Shown here: in pieces, positions 51,648-64,000 of the stretch
Layout: each line of letters begins with the position of its first letter
Numbering within the stretch: the first letter of the stretch is position 1
Assembly (NCBI GenBank): GCA_002633005.1
Contig: NMRA01000658.1
Location: 1 to 64,000, forward strand
Reading direction: 5' to 3'
DNA: 64,000 nt
DNA from: Phoronis australis
Lineage: Eukaryota; Animalia; Phoronida
Position numbers and translations under genes: made by a program
The notes under the pieces: generated by a model
The model's input: only the letters and a program-made list of their open reading frames with translations
Database searches by the model: none
What the model was told of the DNA's origin: nothing

Positions 51648-53504
51648 TTATGTATCCAAATATTTAAAGAACTTAACGTCCCCAGAGAATTCGTGTATTG
51701 CGAGTTGGCCTTCACCTATAACAGACAAAGCTGTTGGGTCTCTGAGTTTGTCGGTGTCTTTAATAGCGGAGCTTGCAATGAACGTCCCCGTTCCGTCAAT
51801 CAAATGGAATTTATGTTTTTGGACAGGGCCGGGTGAGTCAAGGACAACTATTTGTCCCCATTCATCTACTCCCACACCTCGTGGCCTCTTCAGCTCCGTG
51901 GGGCTTCCTATGTTAGGCTTGTATGTATGCAAGACACTTGTCCCCTCTTTGTTCACAATATGAACGCATTTAGACTTCCAATCGGTAACAACAATGTTGC
52001 CGTCAGTGTAGCATGCGACTGAGAACGGATTAAAGTGATTAAGTGACAGTGCAGCTTTGCCTATAAACTTGCAATTTGATCCGGTCTCGTCAGTGGTGAT
52101 CAAATGTTTATGATCAGCGATTATCACCTGATTATCATTGACAGCCACAGCACCGTAGCCCCTGTAAACGCCCTGGATGTGAACTTTGTTCTTAAAGTTC
52201 ATCCCATATACGATGATGTCCTTGGCTTGCACGTTCAGAACCTCGTTTAGCGGCGTCTTGTCATCGTGGGGAAGCTCGCACTCTTGGTTGCCATGCTTGT
52301 CGAATATTTTTACAGTCTTGTTGGTCCAGTCCGTTGTGAAGTATCTTCCCTGCAGTACATCGAAGCCGAGACAACCGGGCTCGTTCTGATCTTGTGGTTG
52401 AACAAGCTTGAATGTGTGTTGCAGAACGGCTTCCTCCAAAACTTTTGGTTTCAGCGCAATCACCTTACCGTCTGCCGTTATCTCGAAGCGATCCATCCTC
52501 ATCGCGACATCGGTATTTATATCGGGCGGGTCTTTGTGATTGAATTTGTACACCCCTATTCCGAATTGTTTCGCTACTGGCTGCAAGTCTTTTAGGCGCT
52601 GACAAAGATCTTTCGCATGCTGCAGCTTTTCGGCGTCCTTGCCGAGTTCAAGGAGACGTGCACCAAAGCCGACAGTGAAACGAACTTTAGCGGCGGTATC
52701 TTCCTTCGGCTTTTTGACAAGTTCCCCTAGTTTTTCCAGCATCGCCTTTTCTTTTTCGTCCGCCATTCTGCGCACCTCATTGAAATGATTCCTGATTGCT
52801 TGCTCCACGCTCTTCGGGTCTTGTTTCTGTTCTTCATTGGCTTTTGTGTAGCCTTCATACAGGCTGTCGACAGTCACTCGAGCGTTATTCATGGGTTCAA
52901 CAAACGGTTTCAGCTCGTTGGTAGCCGTCACCAAGGCCATCTCCAGCGTGGCTATCTTGTGCCCAGTGTGATTATTCATTTTACAGCTAGGGCAGATAGG
53001 AATGGCACAGCCTTCACAATACCCATTGACCTCTTCAGCTGGATGAAGAGTGCAAACTACCTTCTGATTGGTGCGCATCTCGTCAACGTGTTCTCCTGCA
53101 CGAACCTGCTTCAAGGTAACCACTTTGTGGTCCTTGGTAATTTTGGTGGTGTTGTGAGAAATACTGCAGGCATTGCATAGGTGATCGCCGCAGTGTGTGC
53201 ACAAGTTGGTAGCCACGGCTTGGCTTCCGTGCGCTTTGCAGAAATCGCAATCTGTTTTCTCTGGTTTGGGCAGAATAGCGAGCATATCGCGCACGAAGTA
53301 GTTGTCACGCAGACCTTGTAGGCCAGTAGGTGGTACCTCGGTTGTATTCTGACACGACGGACAAGGGAACTTCGCGTTGTCGACATTCTGAGCTACGTAG
53401 TTAGCGATACAGTTTTCGCAAAATGTGTGTAAACATGGCAGGGCTTTTGGCTTATCGAAAGGTTTTTCACACAACTTACACTTCAGTTCATCTCGCGCTT
53501 CTTC
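51648..53504 (-). CDS. TRIM-family E3 ligase (RING, two B-boxes, coiled coil, NHL-like beta-propeller), main exon
   Basis: RING CKLC...LPCLHTFCENC...CPSC; B-box CDFC...CTHC...LCNAC...H; B-box CTLH...YCEGC...ICPSC...HTGH; NHL-like PFSVAC..DGNIVVTDW and PRGVGVDEWGQIVV. The ORF-track ATG (53513) sits just upstream of a tttcag acceptor at 53505-53506. Confidence 0.93.
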   Translation of the reverse strand, partial: EEARDELKCKLCEKPFDKPKALPCLHTFCENCIANYVAQNVDNAKFPCPSCQNTTEVPPTGLQGLRDNYFVRDMLAILPKPEKTDCDFCKAHGSQAVATNLCTHCGDHLCNACSISHNTTKITKDHKVVTLKQVRAGEHVDEMRTNQKVVCTLHPAEEVNGYCEGCAIPICPSCKMNNHTGHKIATLEMALVTATNELKPFVEPMNNARVTVDSLYEGYTKANEEQKQDPKSVEQAIRNHFNEVRRMADEKEKAMLEKLGELVKKPKEDTAAKVRFTVGFGARLLELGKDAEKLQHAKDLCQRLKDLQPVAKQFGIGVYKFNHKDPPDINTDVAMRMDRFEITADGKVIALKPKVLEEAVLQHTFKLVQPQDQNEPGCLGFDVLQGRYFTTDWTNKTVKIFDKHGNQECELPHDDKTPLNEVLNVQAKDIIVYGMNFKNKVHIQGVYRGYGAVAVNDNQVIIADHKHLITTDETGSNCKFIGKAALSLNHFNPFSVACYTDGNIVVTDWKSKCVHIVNKEGTSVLHTYKPNIGSPTELKRPRGVGVDEWGQIVVLDSPGPVQKHKFHLIDGTGTFIASSAIKDTDKLRDPTALSVIGEGQLAIHEFSGDVKFFKYLDT

Positions 53505-54124
53505 CTGAAACATGCCAAAAATTGGATATTACATGTACAATTGAAATGGCGAAAAAATTGTACGTATCTATTGAATTGTAACGCAAAATTGAAAGAAACA
53601 TACACTTTTTAAACAGACCATTGAGGAGCCAGGTTGACCTGAAAAACGTGGATTCATATTTTCAGTGTAAAGTTTGTAGACTAATATATAAAAAATAATT
53701 GTACCACCTGGAAACATTTTGTTTTGAACATGGAAATAGAGAGGGAGATTAAACGTACTACTATAAGTAGCCATCAAAACATGCAGATCACGTGGCGCCA
53801 TATTGTTGAGTGGAATCTCTCACTGAAAACAAACCAACGTGGCTGTGAGCGGAAAGGGGGCCTAGGTACATTAAATGTAAAATACTCAGATACGAACAAA
53901 TAAAGCAAAAGTGCCCTGGCCAATATTAGCAAGATGTTTAAGTTAAGTGATTACACTAGAAATGGTATGAAAATACAAGTATTTTGGTATCTATTTCATC
54001 AACATCGACCCAACGATTTCACGCTTCATGACACTCATTTCCATACAAAATGCAAGGTCACGTGATGGCCAATCCGTCTCTACGTAGATGGTTGACAAGT
54101 AACAAAACCAGTACATGTACTCAC

Positions 54125-54157
54125 TGACAGTCCCACGAAGGGATCAAATGGCTGTTC
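54125..54157 (-). CDS. Probable 33-nt upstream exon of the TRIM gene
   Basis: ttacttttcag|GAA...TCA|gtgagt = EQPFDPFVGLS, phase 0/0, preceded by a long pyrimidine tract; joins in frame to EEARDELKC. Confidence 0.6.
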
Positions 54158-55355
54158 CTGAAAAGTAACAGGACGTATAAATATCCAGAAAGATATGGTA
54201 AGGAGTCAGCAAGAGATTGAAGAAGGGAGTGAGGGAGGGAGGGGAGATGATAGGAGGAAGAGTGAGGGAGGGAACAGACTGGGGTGAAAAGCAAGGTGAG
54301 AGTTAGGCAGGCAGGCCAACATGTAGAGAGTTGGAATGGCAGGCACAGAGGGCACTGGGCAGGTGATGGCAGACCGACAGGCAGAGGGTGAATTTTCGAA
54401 ACATGAATGAATTCACAAACGTAAATGTGAAACAAAGGTACTCGGTTACATGTACCTTAAACCTTGAAAAATCCATTCTGAATTCACCTTAAGGCTGCAA
54501 ATGCATCATCTGCCTTAAGAACAACAACGAATGGCTGTTAAGCGGCTTTACGATGTAGTCAGGTTCACTATGTCCAAATTTTGACATTCGTTGGAATTTT
54601 TGGGGAAAGTGGAAACTATACATTTTTGGAAACCTCATGGAATGACGAATTAGAAAATAATTGATTCCATTTTTTCGGTGGCCATCTTGGCAATCATCTT
54701 GGATTTTCAAAAAAAGCGCCGGTAAAATGGATTTTGCCCAATATATCCGCCCTTGGGTCACTGAGAATGTTAGTTTTTATGGCAACATCTGCAGTTCTGA
54801 GGTCAATGAATTGGAAATTTTAATTTTACTGGCGGCCATCTTGGTGGCCATCTTGAAATTTCACAAATGGCGCCCGTAAAATACATTTTGCTCAGTATTT
54901 CTGCTCTTGGGTAAATTAGAATGGCTGCACTCAGATTTTGTGGGGTAAGGAATTGAAAAACACTATTTCTAAATGATACATACAATCTAAATGATTTTAA
55001 TAGCAGATACGAACCTCTAGAATATTTAAAGGAATCACAGAAACGCAGATTAACCTACATGTATATTTACAGTTTATATTTATATCTTTTTGAAAAGACA
55101 TTTGAGACATAACTTTTGAAGATTTCGTTATTATTTCCACTGTTCACTTTGGAATCCAGTTCTCCTCTACTCAATAGAAATGCATTTTGCCTTTGACAGT
55201 CAGACGGCAGATAAGCTTGGCAGTAACCAGGCTGAGGATCAATGACGAGAACAACAGGAGTTGTAGCCTGCTGGGCAAATCGACCAGAAACATGCTATCA
55301 GCCACCATGAATTCACCCTAACACCAAGAGCAATCTTTGCTGCCAGTGGGGCAAT

Positions 55356-57990
55356 TTTTTTTTAATGTTTATTACGAAATCTTCAGAATACAATGAATAT
55401 ACATAACCCAGAAAGCGCCAAGAGGCATTAGATCTGGGTAAAAAAATACAAAGAAGTCTATATACAATGATTATATACAAATACATAAATAAAAAAACTG
55501 ATGTTAAGATTACAATGATATATGACAACGAATGAAAATAATTTATTTTCATACAGATGTATAAAATTCTATCCACTCACACAAAGAGATTTAATATTAT
55601 AAAGAAATTCTGATACTATTTCAAATGAAACCATATTTTCGTTTGAGTTAAGTTCTTGACATCCGTATAGAAAGAAATTAATTTTGTTGTACAATTGCGG
55701 AATTTCAGAGTATTTTTTATAAACATTGGGGTATTGTTCGAGTGTCTGGAAGAGCTGTACCCTCTCCTCCTTGCATACCTCACAAGCAAAGAAAACATGA
55801 GGATATGTCTGGGTATCTCCACAGGAACACAGAGCCGAAATATTATCAAAATTATGTCTAAATTTCTCGTTGTTTAGGAATAGACCACATCTTGATCTGT
55901 ATAGGGTTATTTCATGGTTGCGGGGAAGTTGAAATGATGTCAATGGGACTGGCAAGTCTGGAGTAGTGGTATGCATTTTAAAGTTATTTTTGAGAGTGAC
56001 GATTGAAGTGCTTTCTTTTATTTTGAATGGTAAGGAATTCCAGTTGTCAATACAAGTTAATATCGTTGATCTTCTAAAGGCTTGGCTGATGGAGGCTGGA
56101 ATAGTATACATATTGCTTTGCCGGAGTCCTGGTCTCGTGCTTGGTCTTTTGTAGGAGTCAAAGAGGATTTTGTTAGAGTAATTGTTTATGTTGGTTAAGA
56201 CTTTGAATGTATACATGGACAGGTGGAGTTTACGACGGGTTGCTAGTTTGCTCCAGTGAAGACTATTTAGAACCTTGATTGTGTTGGACCCTTTGTATGC
56301 CCCAGTTATGGCTAAAGCTGCTTGGTATTGTAGTCTTTCTAATTGGAGAAGTATGCCAGCGTTTGCCGATTGGTAGATTATGTCACAGTAATCTAGATGT
56401 GGAAGTACAAAAGACTTGAACAGAGTTTCAAGATGCATGGAGTTGAGATGACGAGAGATAATTCTAATTGGATTAATTAATTTTTGTACTTTTTGAACGA
56501 GTTCGCGACAATGAGGAGTAAATGTAAGCTTATGGTCGAGTAGCAAGCCAAGATGTTTGTGCGTGAACTTATTGGGGATAACTTCCCCATTGAGTGATAA
56601 TTCCAGTGTTGGATTTGTTTGGAAATGAGTATTATTAGACTTAGAAAATATAAGATCAACACTTTTTTCAGGTTTAAATTTCATCTTCCATTTGTGAGAC
56701 CAGTCATAGAGTTTGTTAAGGTCAGTTTGCAATTGTAAGGAGTCATGGGGATGCTCTTTTGAGAATGGGTGGAATATTGCAGTGTCATCAGCATATAAGA
56801 ATGTTTTAGAGCTTATCGTGTCTGGAAGATCATTGATGTACAGTAAAAAGAGTAAGGGGCCTAGTACGCTACCCTGTGGTACTCCAGCATTTACGAAACC
56901 TGGCGTTGATGAAGGTGATAAGACACCCTCAATTCGGACTTTGTAAGTTCGATTTTCCAGATATGATTTTAAAAGTAAGAGGAGAGTGCCTGAGAAACCG
57001 TAAGATTGTAATTTATGTAGAAGCAGGTCATGGGGAACGACATCAAAAGCTGACGCAATGTCTAAAAATACGGATCTCACGTTGTACCCTTGCTCAAACT
57101 GGAGGTGGATGTCGTGTACAATTTCTGTAAGTTGCGACACAGTGCTGTTACCAGGCATGAATCCAAATTGGCGACGATATATGAGGTTTTGTGAAGAGAG
57201 GTGGTCAAACATGTGCTGAGAAATGATTTTTTTTAAAATTTTGGATAAGGTGTTAAGTAGAGTTATGGGGCGATAGTTGGCAATGTCTGTTTTGGAGTTC
57301 TTTTTGTGTATTGGTATCATAACGCCAAGCTTCCAGTTCAAAGGAAATTTTCCAGATTGTAATATTTTGTTGTATAATGTTGTCAGAGGAAGTGTAAGCT
57401 CTCTTGCTATTATCTTGATCATTTTATTGGTTATGAGATTGGTACCGTGGTTTTTGTTTTCGTCAATGTTTTCTAGTAGTTTTCTGACTTCAGATGGTTG
57501 GGCTTCTTTGTAAGAGAGGTGTTCTAATGTTCTGTTTGGGAATTCTGGATAGTTTATTGTTGGTGCAATGTGACTCTTGGCAGTGAAGTAGTCTAGAAAT
57601 AAGATTGGATGACGCCTGAGAGCTGGATTCTTTTGAGTGGATGGTGGGGTATGATGATTGCTTTACCTGTCCTCGAATTTTGTTTACAATATCCCAATAT
57701 TCCTTAGAATTTTTGGAGACATTTTTGATATTGGAGATAACTTTCATCTTATAGTCTTGTTTTGTCTTTTTAATTAGTTCTTCCACACTCTTGCACTGTT
57801 CTTTGTAGCGCTTGAACGTGCATGGGTTATTTGATCTTCTGAACGATCTGTACAGTTTATTTCTTTTATCTATTTCAGACTTAATGTTATTGTTAAACCA
57901 CGGTTTGTTCTTGTTTTTTATTGTTTTCATGGTTGATGGGATATTATTATCTAATATGTTGTAGAGTGACTGTGTGAATATTGAGACTGC
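55356..57990 (-). mobile_element. 5'-truncated CR1/L2-group LINE, reverse transcriptase ORF (55569-57422 plus frameshifted upstream part)
   Basis: RT motifs NYRPITLL, QFGF, FLDIASAFD, GVPQGSVLGPLLFLLYINDL, YADD, KHLG; AATAAA plus short poly(A) at the 3' end; 14-bp TSD GCCAGTGGGGCAAT (55342-55355, 57991-58004). Confidence 0.95.
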
Positions 57991-58149
57991 GCCAGTGGGG
58001 CAATGCTGTCATGCACAGACAAATCGAATCGAATCCCCCTTCTACAGAAACTTTCCGAAGCAGATGTCTTAGACCAGGACAGTCCTCAAGCTGCAAGAGA
58101 GGTTTTAGACCCAGAAAACACATAAACACGTAACATCATCCAATGAGTG

Positions 58150-59300
58150 TGTTCACCCAAGCCACAGAACTGTACGTGTGGATAGTATGGAAGTGATTTT
58201 CTTAACTAGAGATTATGACGATATCATTCTGGTTTTTGACACCCACAAAGACAACTCTTTGAAACAAGCCACAAGAGAAAAAAGGAGACAGAGAAAGGGT
58301 CAAGTACAGTATCAGATAAGAGACTTACACAACGAACATCCCAATGAGCCGTTTGCTCTCCCATGACCAAAAAAGGCTCAACTTACTGAATATCTGTCTG
58401 CAAATACGCCACTTGAATATAATCAACACTCTGCCAACATAGCCATTACTTCAGCTTCAGGATGCACAAAGAGTAACCGACGTGAAATAGCTTAGAAGAA
58501 AATGATCACGAAAAAGCGGTTGTATTGCTAATACACTGATCATCATACAGTTCTGGCATCACATCAAAAGGTACCTGATTCTCAGCTGATTTTTTTTTCA
58601 CGTGACATAGATTTACTGGTACTCGTCGCTGCCTATTATGACAGGTTTCTCAGAAATGCTTCAGTCCCCATGGCATCTGCGATTGTGGACGTGAATCCAA
58701 TATGGACAATATTAGGTGCTGTCCGGGTAAAGGCTCCCTGTTTCCCATGCTTTTACATGGACAGACAACACTGGTCCATTCTATAGGTTGAATATATATT
58801 TGAAGGCAAACACCGATGATAACAATGCACAACAGACTTTTGGTACTGCTTATGAAGTAACAGGTGAACCTCTTCTCACATTAGCCCCTTTTACATGTGC
58901 ATACTCGCCTCAGGGTATAGACACAAATAGCATCCCAGTGCTGAGATGGTACCTCTTCTGTAAACATATGGCTGACAGCGACAAAGGTACACCAACCATT
59001 GGTGCTTTGAAACAGCATGTACTGACGGTGTTTATTCAAGCCAGAGTTTGGAGCCAGGCAGTCATTGCTCGACAGGAGTTCCTTGACCCATTGCAGAATG
59101 AATTTATAAGGACAAAGATGACCAGCTGAAACACTCACAACTGAGGAGCTTCCGGCGCCAGAGGCTATCATTGAGATGGTTAGATGCCAGTTCAAAAACA
59201 TTTCCTCTTCCCAAAGATGTTCTTGCCGATCAAAGGACCTATCTTACACAGATCTATGTCAGTATAGTGCAGAATATCAGAATGGTGATGATGGTGTGAT
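58150..59300 (+). pseudogene. Decayed Academ transposase, C-terminal part
   Basis: DIILVFDTHKDNSLKQATREKRR; PTIGALKQHVLTVFIQARVWSQA; PAPEAIIEMVRCQFK...RCSCRSKDLSYTDLCQ; multiple stops and frameshifts. Confidence 0.8.
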
Positions 59301-60157
59301 TCCTGGTGACAGTAATGGCTATAGTAATGATCTATATAGACTGATTTCAAAGTTTTGAAAGACTATTGACAATACAAAACACATACTTTCGTGCTCTTCA
59401 AACATGAATAATTTGTTTAGGTACTGGTTTAGCTTTTTAAAACACTTAAAAGTGTCTTGAAGGAAACAAGCTCCGAACAAAATATACAAGAAAGTAAGAT
59501 AGTGATCATGTGTCGGATTACATGAAGAATGCATTTAGAAAATGCGGCTGCTCATAAATGGGGTTTTGATTATGTTTCTCATTTAATAAGTTGCATTTTC
59601 AGATCTATTGACCACAAAAATGTGGGTGCAGCCATTAAAACTAACATTCTAAGTGACCCAAGAGCAAATATACTGAGGAAAATGTATTTTACGGGCGCTA
59701 TTTTTAAAAATCCAATATGGCGCCCAAAAAATTAAATTTCCAATTCCTTGACCTGAGAAATGCAGGTGTAGCCATAAAAACCAGTATTCTGAGTGACCCA
59801 TAAGAGGAGATATTGGCCAAAATCCATTTTACCGGCGCCATTTTTGAAAATTCAAGATGGTCGCCAAAAATGGAATCAATTATTTTCTGATTTGTCATTC
59901 CATGAAGTTTCCAAAAATGTATAGTTTCCACTTTCCCCAAAAATTCCAACAAATTACACGACAAACCTGACTAATGGGTAAAAACTACACAACAATGATA
60001 GACTATCGAAATGTTCAAACTTCAAACCCAAATTAGACCAAAGTAGACAAAAGTGCATTTCTATACCGGAAAGCAATTATTTTGAGATCCTGTTAGGAAA
60101 TTTTTGAGATGCGCACTTTCAACAAAACTCCCTGTTACGCCTAGAATATCATCGTAC

Positions 60158-60266
60158 CAATTCCGCTTCACTTTGTTTCTGTTGTGCAACAGGTTTAGCT
60201 ACTTGTTCTTTTGGTTCTGATGCAACCGACTCTGCTACAGCGACATCCTTTTCGCTGGGGATGCAC
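60158..60266 (-). CDS. Probable further upstream exon of the TRIM gene
   Basis: ctctttcag|g TGC...TTG|gtacga = (x)CIPSEKDVAVAESVASEPKEQVAKPVAQQKQSEAEL; phase 2 in, phase 0 out; protein-like composition. Confidence 0.55.
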
Positions 60267-60479
60267 CTGAAAGAGTATTTGTATAGTGTTAACACTGACG
60301 ATGGGTATGAAGAATGGTGGAGCCTTGTTGCGGGCAAAACTTAGAATTAAACAAAGGGCAGCCCCCGTTTCGCAGTTGACATCCCACGTTCCATAACCTT
60401 GCAATCGTTTGGTTATGCTCTTGTATATTGTCGTCAGGAGGAACACAGTGGACTTACACTGCATTAGCTAATATTTGCC

Positions 60480-61930
60480 TTTCAAAACTAAAGCAAGACT
60501 TTCAAGCTGTTCTTCAGAAAGCTGGTGTGCATCAGGTTATTTGGACTAGACTGGCAATCTTAAGAAACAAATGTTGAAGCTACTCACTGTTGTAGTTTGT
60601 GCCCGACTAAGAGATACGAAAGTGAATTGAGGCTAGTGTTCAATAATTCATTTGCTGACTCTAATTAACACAGCCCATTATAACATATTTGAATCAAACG
60701 TTTGCCCAAATCCTGTCCGCCTCCAAACAAGGACTTGGTGTTTGACCCTTCATTGCATGCGGGCCAATCACCAGTGTGCAGTGCTGCACCCTCTCTAATC
60801 GACCATAGGTGGCTCCTTGGATGGGGAGCTTTGCAGTTAAAATGTATGGTAATGCCTGCTGCTCCATTGACAGTACTAAATGATGAACGCTGCAAGTGCA
60901 AAAAGAACATTTGTACTGGGAAACTGAGTTTGTGCTGCAATGCTGGTTCAAACTGTACAGAAATGCAGCTGTGACGACTGTAGTAACATCAACAACACTG
61001 ACTGCATAACATTGGATAGTTATTTAACAAGTTAACCCTAAATAGACCTTCAACCCTGTTATTTCGTGTTTTTGTATTAAAAAGTGAATTTATTTGTTGA
61101 TTAGGTCATAGAAAGTACATACTTTGATCATTGCCATGTATTTGTCTCATACTGCTTGCTAAATGCTGTCAAAATAATCTATTATTTTCATACAGTCTGT
61201 ATACACATTCACAGAGATCATTCAACTATATTGTTTTTGTACTATAACGTATTTCTGGTGTATTATGCAAACACGCTATATTTTACACCATTAGTCAATG
61301 GTTCAGTCATTGAGGCACAAATTTTGCCCAGTCTCATATGTTTTGTGTTATTTTTGTTGCCAGACAATGCCAGAATAACTTCCTAGTAACATTCAGACTT
61401 AGTTTGCATTTCTGCCACTACGTGTCACTTTACATTTTTTAAATTTCAGTGCTTACAATTAGTTTACAATAGTAAAACATATAATGTCAGTGTATTATTG
61501 TTCAATACAATGACATCAATGGGACCATATTACTTGCTTTACAAAAAAGAAAGCAAAAACTGTTGTTTTTACAAATATAATTTCTCTAAGCTATATGGTG
61601 GTTATTATGCAACTTCAAACTCAAATTTCTCAAAAATGTGCAACTTTATATGTGGAGTGTACTAGTACACTCCATGCTTATACCAAGGAGTGTACTAACC
61701 TTGCTTATACCATAGAACTATAGCTCTACATGCCAACTTCGTTCTCGCGCAGCTGAGTCTGCGCCGCACATGCGTGATATAAGCAAGGAGTGTACTAATA
61801 CACTCCATGCTTATACCAAGGAGTGTACTAGTACACCCCTTGGTATAAGCATGGAGTGTAGTAGTACACTCCTTGCTTATACCATAGAACTATAGCTCTA
61901 CATGCAGCTGATTCTGCGCCGCACATGCGT
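60480..61930 (+). mobile_element. Further decayed Academ-type transposase tail with a palindromic subterminal array
   Basis: CPPPNKD...GW..LQLKCMVMPAAP...RCKCKKNIC...CCNAGSNCTEM at 60702-60974; repeated GGAGTGTACTAGTACACTCC-type palindromes at 61654-61873. Confidence 0.7.
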
Positions 61931-64000
61931 GAAATTTGTTTGCATTCGTTTGTTCCGTTTTTGGTTCTTGATACGTCATTCAGTGTCAATAAGAATTTTC
62001 GCCGTTGTTCAACCGAATTGCACAAGACTCACATCATTAGAAAGCCCTTTACCAGTTCTAAAATGTACATGGTTTTTACAAAAGGAAGAAATAATTTAAT
62101 TCAAAAATAATTGTCATTCACATACTTGACAGGTTTAAAAAATATACTTTAAGTGTTACCAAAATGGGAATCATGTCAAGGTACAAAAGCAACATAAACA
62201 ATTCAATGAACCAGAGAGGTTATGTAAATGACTAGTTAAACCAGCAGGGAAATAATTGCTTGACTGAAACGAATTCTGCCCAATTAAGATAAAGATTTTT
62301 TAAAAAATATAGTCCTCACCAACTGCAGTTAAGAATTTAGTCAGACATTCATCCAAAAGTATTTATATTCATATATCAATTGGACCTTTGATGCTGTTTG
62401 ATACAATCATATTATTCAGTAACAAATCAGGATGCATTGACAATTACAAAAATATATTAGCTTATTATTCCAACTACCTATCCGAAATTAGCAGATATAT
62501 GTTTTCAGATATAAAAAAATGTGCTGACATCTGTTGTGGAGCTTTGAAAGGTGCAATGGATAGCTCACTACACTGGTTACAGTGCAGGACTTTAAACTAA
62601 GAACGTAAAACTCATTTCTTCAGAAAGTAAAAATTAGTGATTCTGGTACATGTAGTGTACTTTAAGTTAACAAGAGACATTGGAACATTTTACGATCGTT
62701 ATGTTACTAAAGAAAGTGGACTCAGGGAAAAAACGATATTCATTACAAAGAGGCAATGTGATTTTGAACACCTGTTGCACAGTTGTCACGGTCAACATTC
62801 GAGAATAATAACGGGACAACTGGATTGAAATTCGGGACTTCCGGAAAAAAGCGAAACATCCGGGTCTAAGCCAAAACGCAAGGGTAAAACGTTCGCTGTA
62901 TCACACAAAAACGTCCTGACAGCGTATTTGTCTAACGGGAGACGTGACACCCAAAGTGCCCGACGGCATTTTTGTTTGTTTAGTCGAGGGTGTTGCAAAA
63001 ACCCATGAAACGTCCCGTTTTTTCTTAGTACTAGAACGGGAAAATAGGGATATGTCGCGTAGAAAATTACAGTAGAATGATAATAAGTCAATTTTGCAGT
63101 GTGTCAAAAAGCGGGACATAGTGATGGTGTGGCGGAATGACAGAACATTTCAAAAAGTGAGACAGTCCGCCAAGAGCGGGACAATTGACCTATCACAAGC
63201 TCCTCCCTTTGCGAAAAGTCCTGTGACACCCGACAAACAAGCAAGATGTCACAGGCAAATACACCGTCGCTAAATGACTTTCCTGGTGGAGTCGATGAGT
63301 GTTTTTTTGCACTAACCGAAAACGCTTCGACAAAGACAACAACCGATGCTTTTGATGATGTGGGAATTCGTATAGGCGACGATGAAAAATAAATGTTTGA
63401 GGAAAAGTATTTCAAAGCCAGCGAAAACACGAAGAACCCCACGGGGTTCACCTTTACCTGACAAGTGACAAGGCCACTAATGCGATATGTTCATGTAAAG
63501 CTGGGTATGTACCTTGAAGTCGATTTATCTGTACAATGCCATAGATTTCAGGTTCTTTCGAACATATCAGTGAAGATTCACCGATATTTTTATTCTGCCG
63601 TCTGCTAAATTCTACCAAATGAAAAGTAGGTCACAACTGATGGAACTCCAAGAGTAAAGTAGGTCGAGTCGTTAACACTGTTTACGCTTTTCTAATCTTC
63701 GAACGAAATATTTTTATTAAAATGTCAAGTTCATAGGTCAAGTAAACACTCATCTTGTGCTAGGCAAGCATTAGCTCCAGTAGGTCTAGGGCTGTGTCCA
63801 AGTCAAATTAAGGCATGGAATTTGCCGTAAAAATCGCACCAATAAGACATTTAAAAAACCTTCTGACGAACTTCGCATTTTTGTAGTTTCATTGCATAAC
63901 GGTAGATTTCAGTTAATTTTAAACGTAGTATGATCACTAAGTTGTGGTATGGTTGCAAAACATGACACGTCTCGGGTGTAGTGGCAAAAAATGGCTACAA

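Larger units (their letters stand above)
54556..59973 (+). mobile_element. Academ-type DNA transposon with ~400-bp TIRs, interrupted by a LINE
   Basis: Termini TAGTCAGGTT...AACCTGACTA; 3-bp TSD ATG; ~54556-54960 is the inverted match of ~59575-59973. Confidence 0.88.

Noticed and set aside
51748-53386. Short overlapping ORFs within the TRIM exon
   Set aside because: Antisense or alternate-frame shadows with no recognisable motifs.
54185-54390. ORF 54121..54435 and GA-rich tract as coding
   Set aside because: Low-complexity purine tract; better explained as intronic polypyrimidine sequence on the minus strand.
62780-63200. Transposon end with repeated CGGGAC motifs
   Set aside because: Motif repetition is visible, but boundaries and TSD could not be defined.

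Overview
AT-rich animal genomic DNA, probably from an invertebrate (spliceosomal introns, two N-gaps). Two host genes lie on the minus strand. (1) A ~42 kb, 8-exon CASD1-like gene (46277->4355) that the ORF track largely misses. Assembled by hand with phase-consistent GT-AG junctions, it gives a 1011-nt CDS (336 aa): an N-terminal signal anchor plus an SGNH domain with intact GDS and DGLH motifs. It stops right after the conserved N..CN...CC motif, so it lacks the multi-pass membrane half of canonical CASD1/Cas1p. (2) A RING-Bbox-Bbox-coiled coil-NHL (TRIM) gene with a 1.86 kb main exon and two probable upstream exons. The rest is dense transposon debris: four TTAA-flanked Kolobok-type elements (THAP and KolX-like relics), several Academ-type elements (one with a nested CR1-group LINE showing a 14-bp TSD), a 6.2 kb IS3EU-like element with a spliced THAP relic, an RNase H-bearing non-LTR fragment, MITE-like repeats and tandem arrays (34 x 28 bp). 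No CRISPR array or prokaryotic system is supported. Family assignments come from motif recognition, not database searches.
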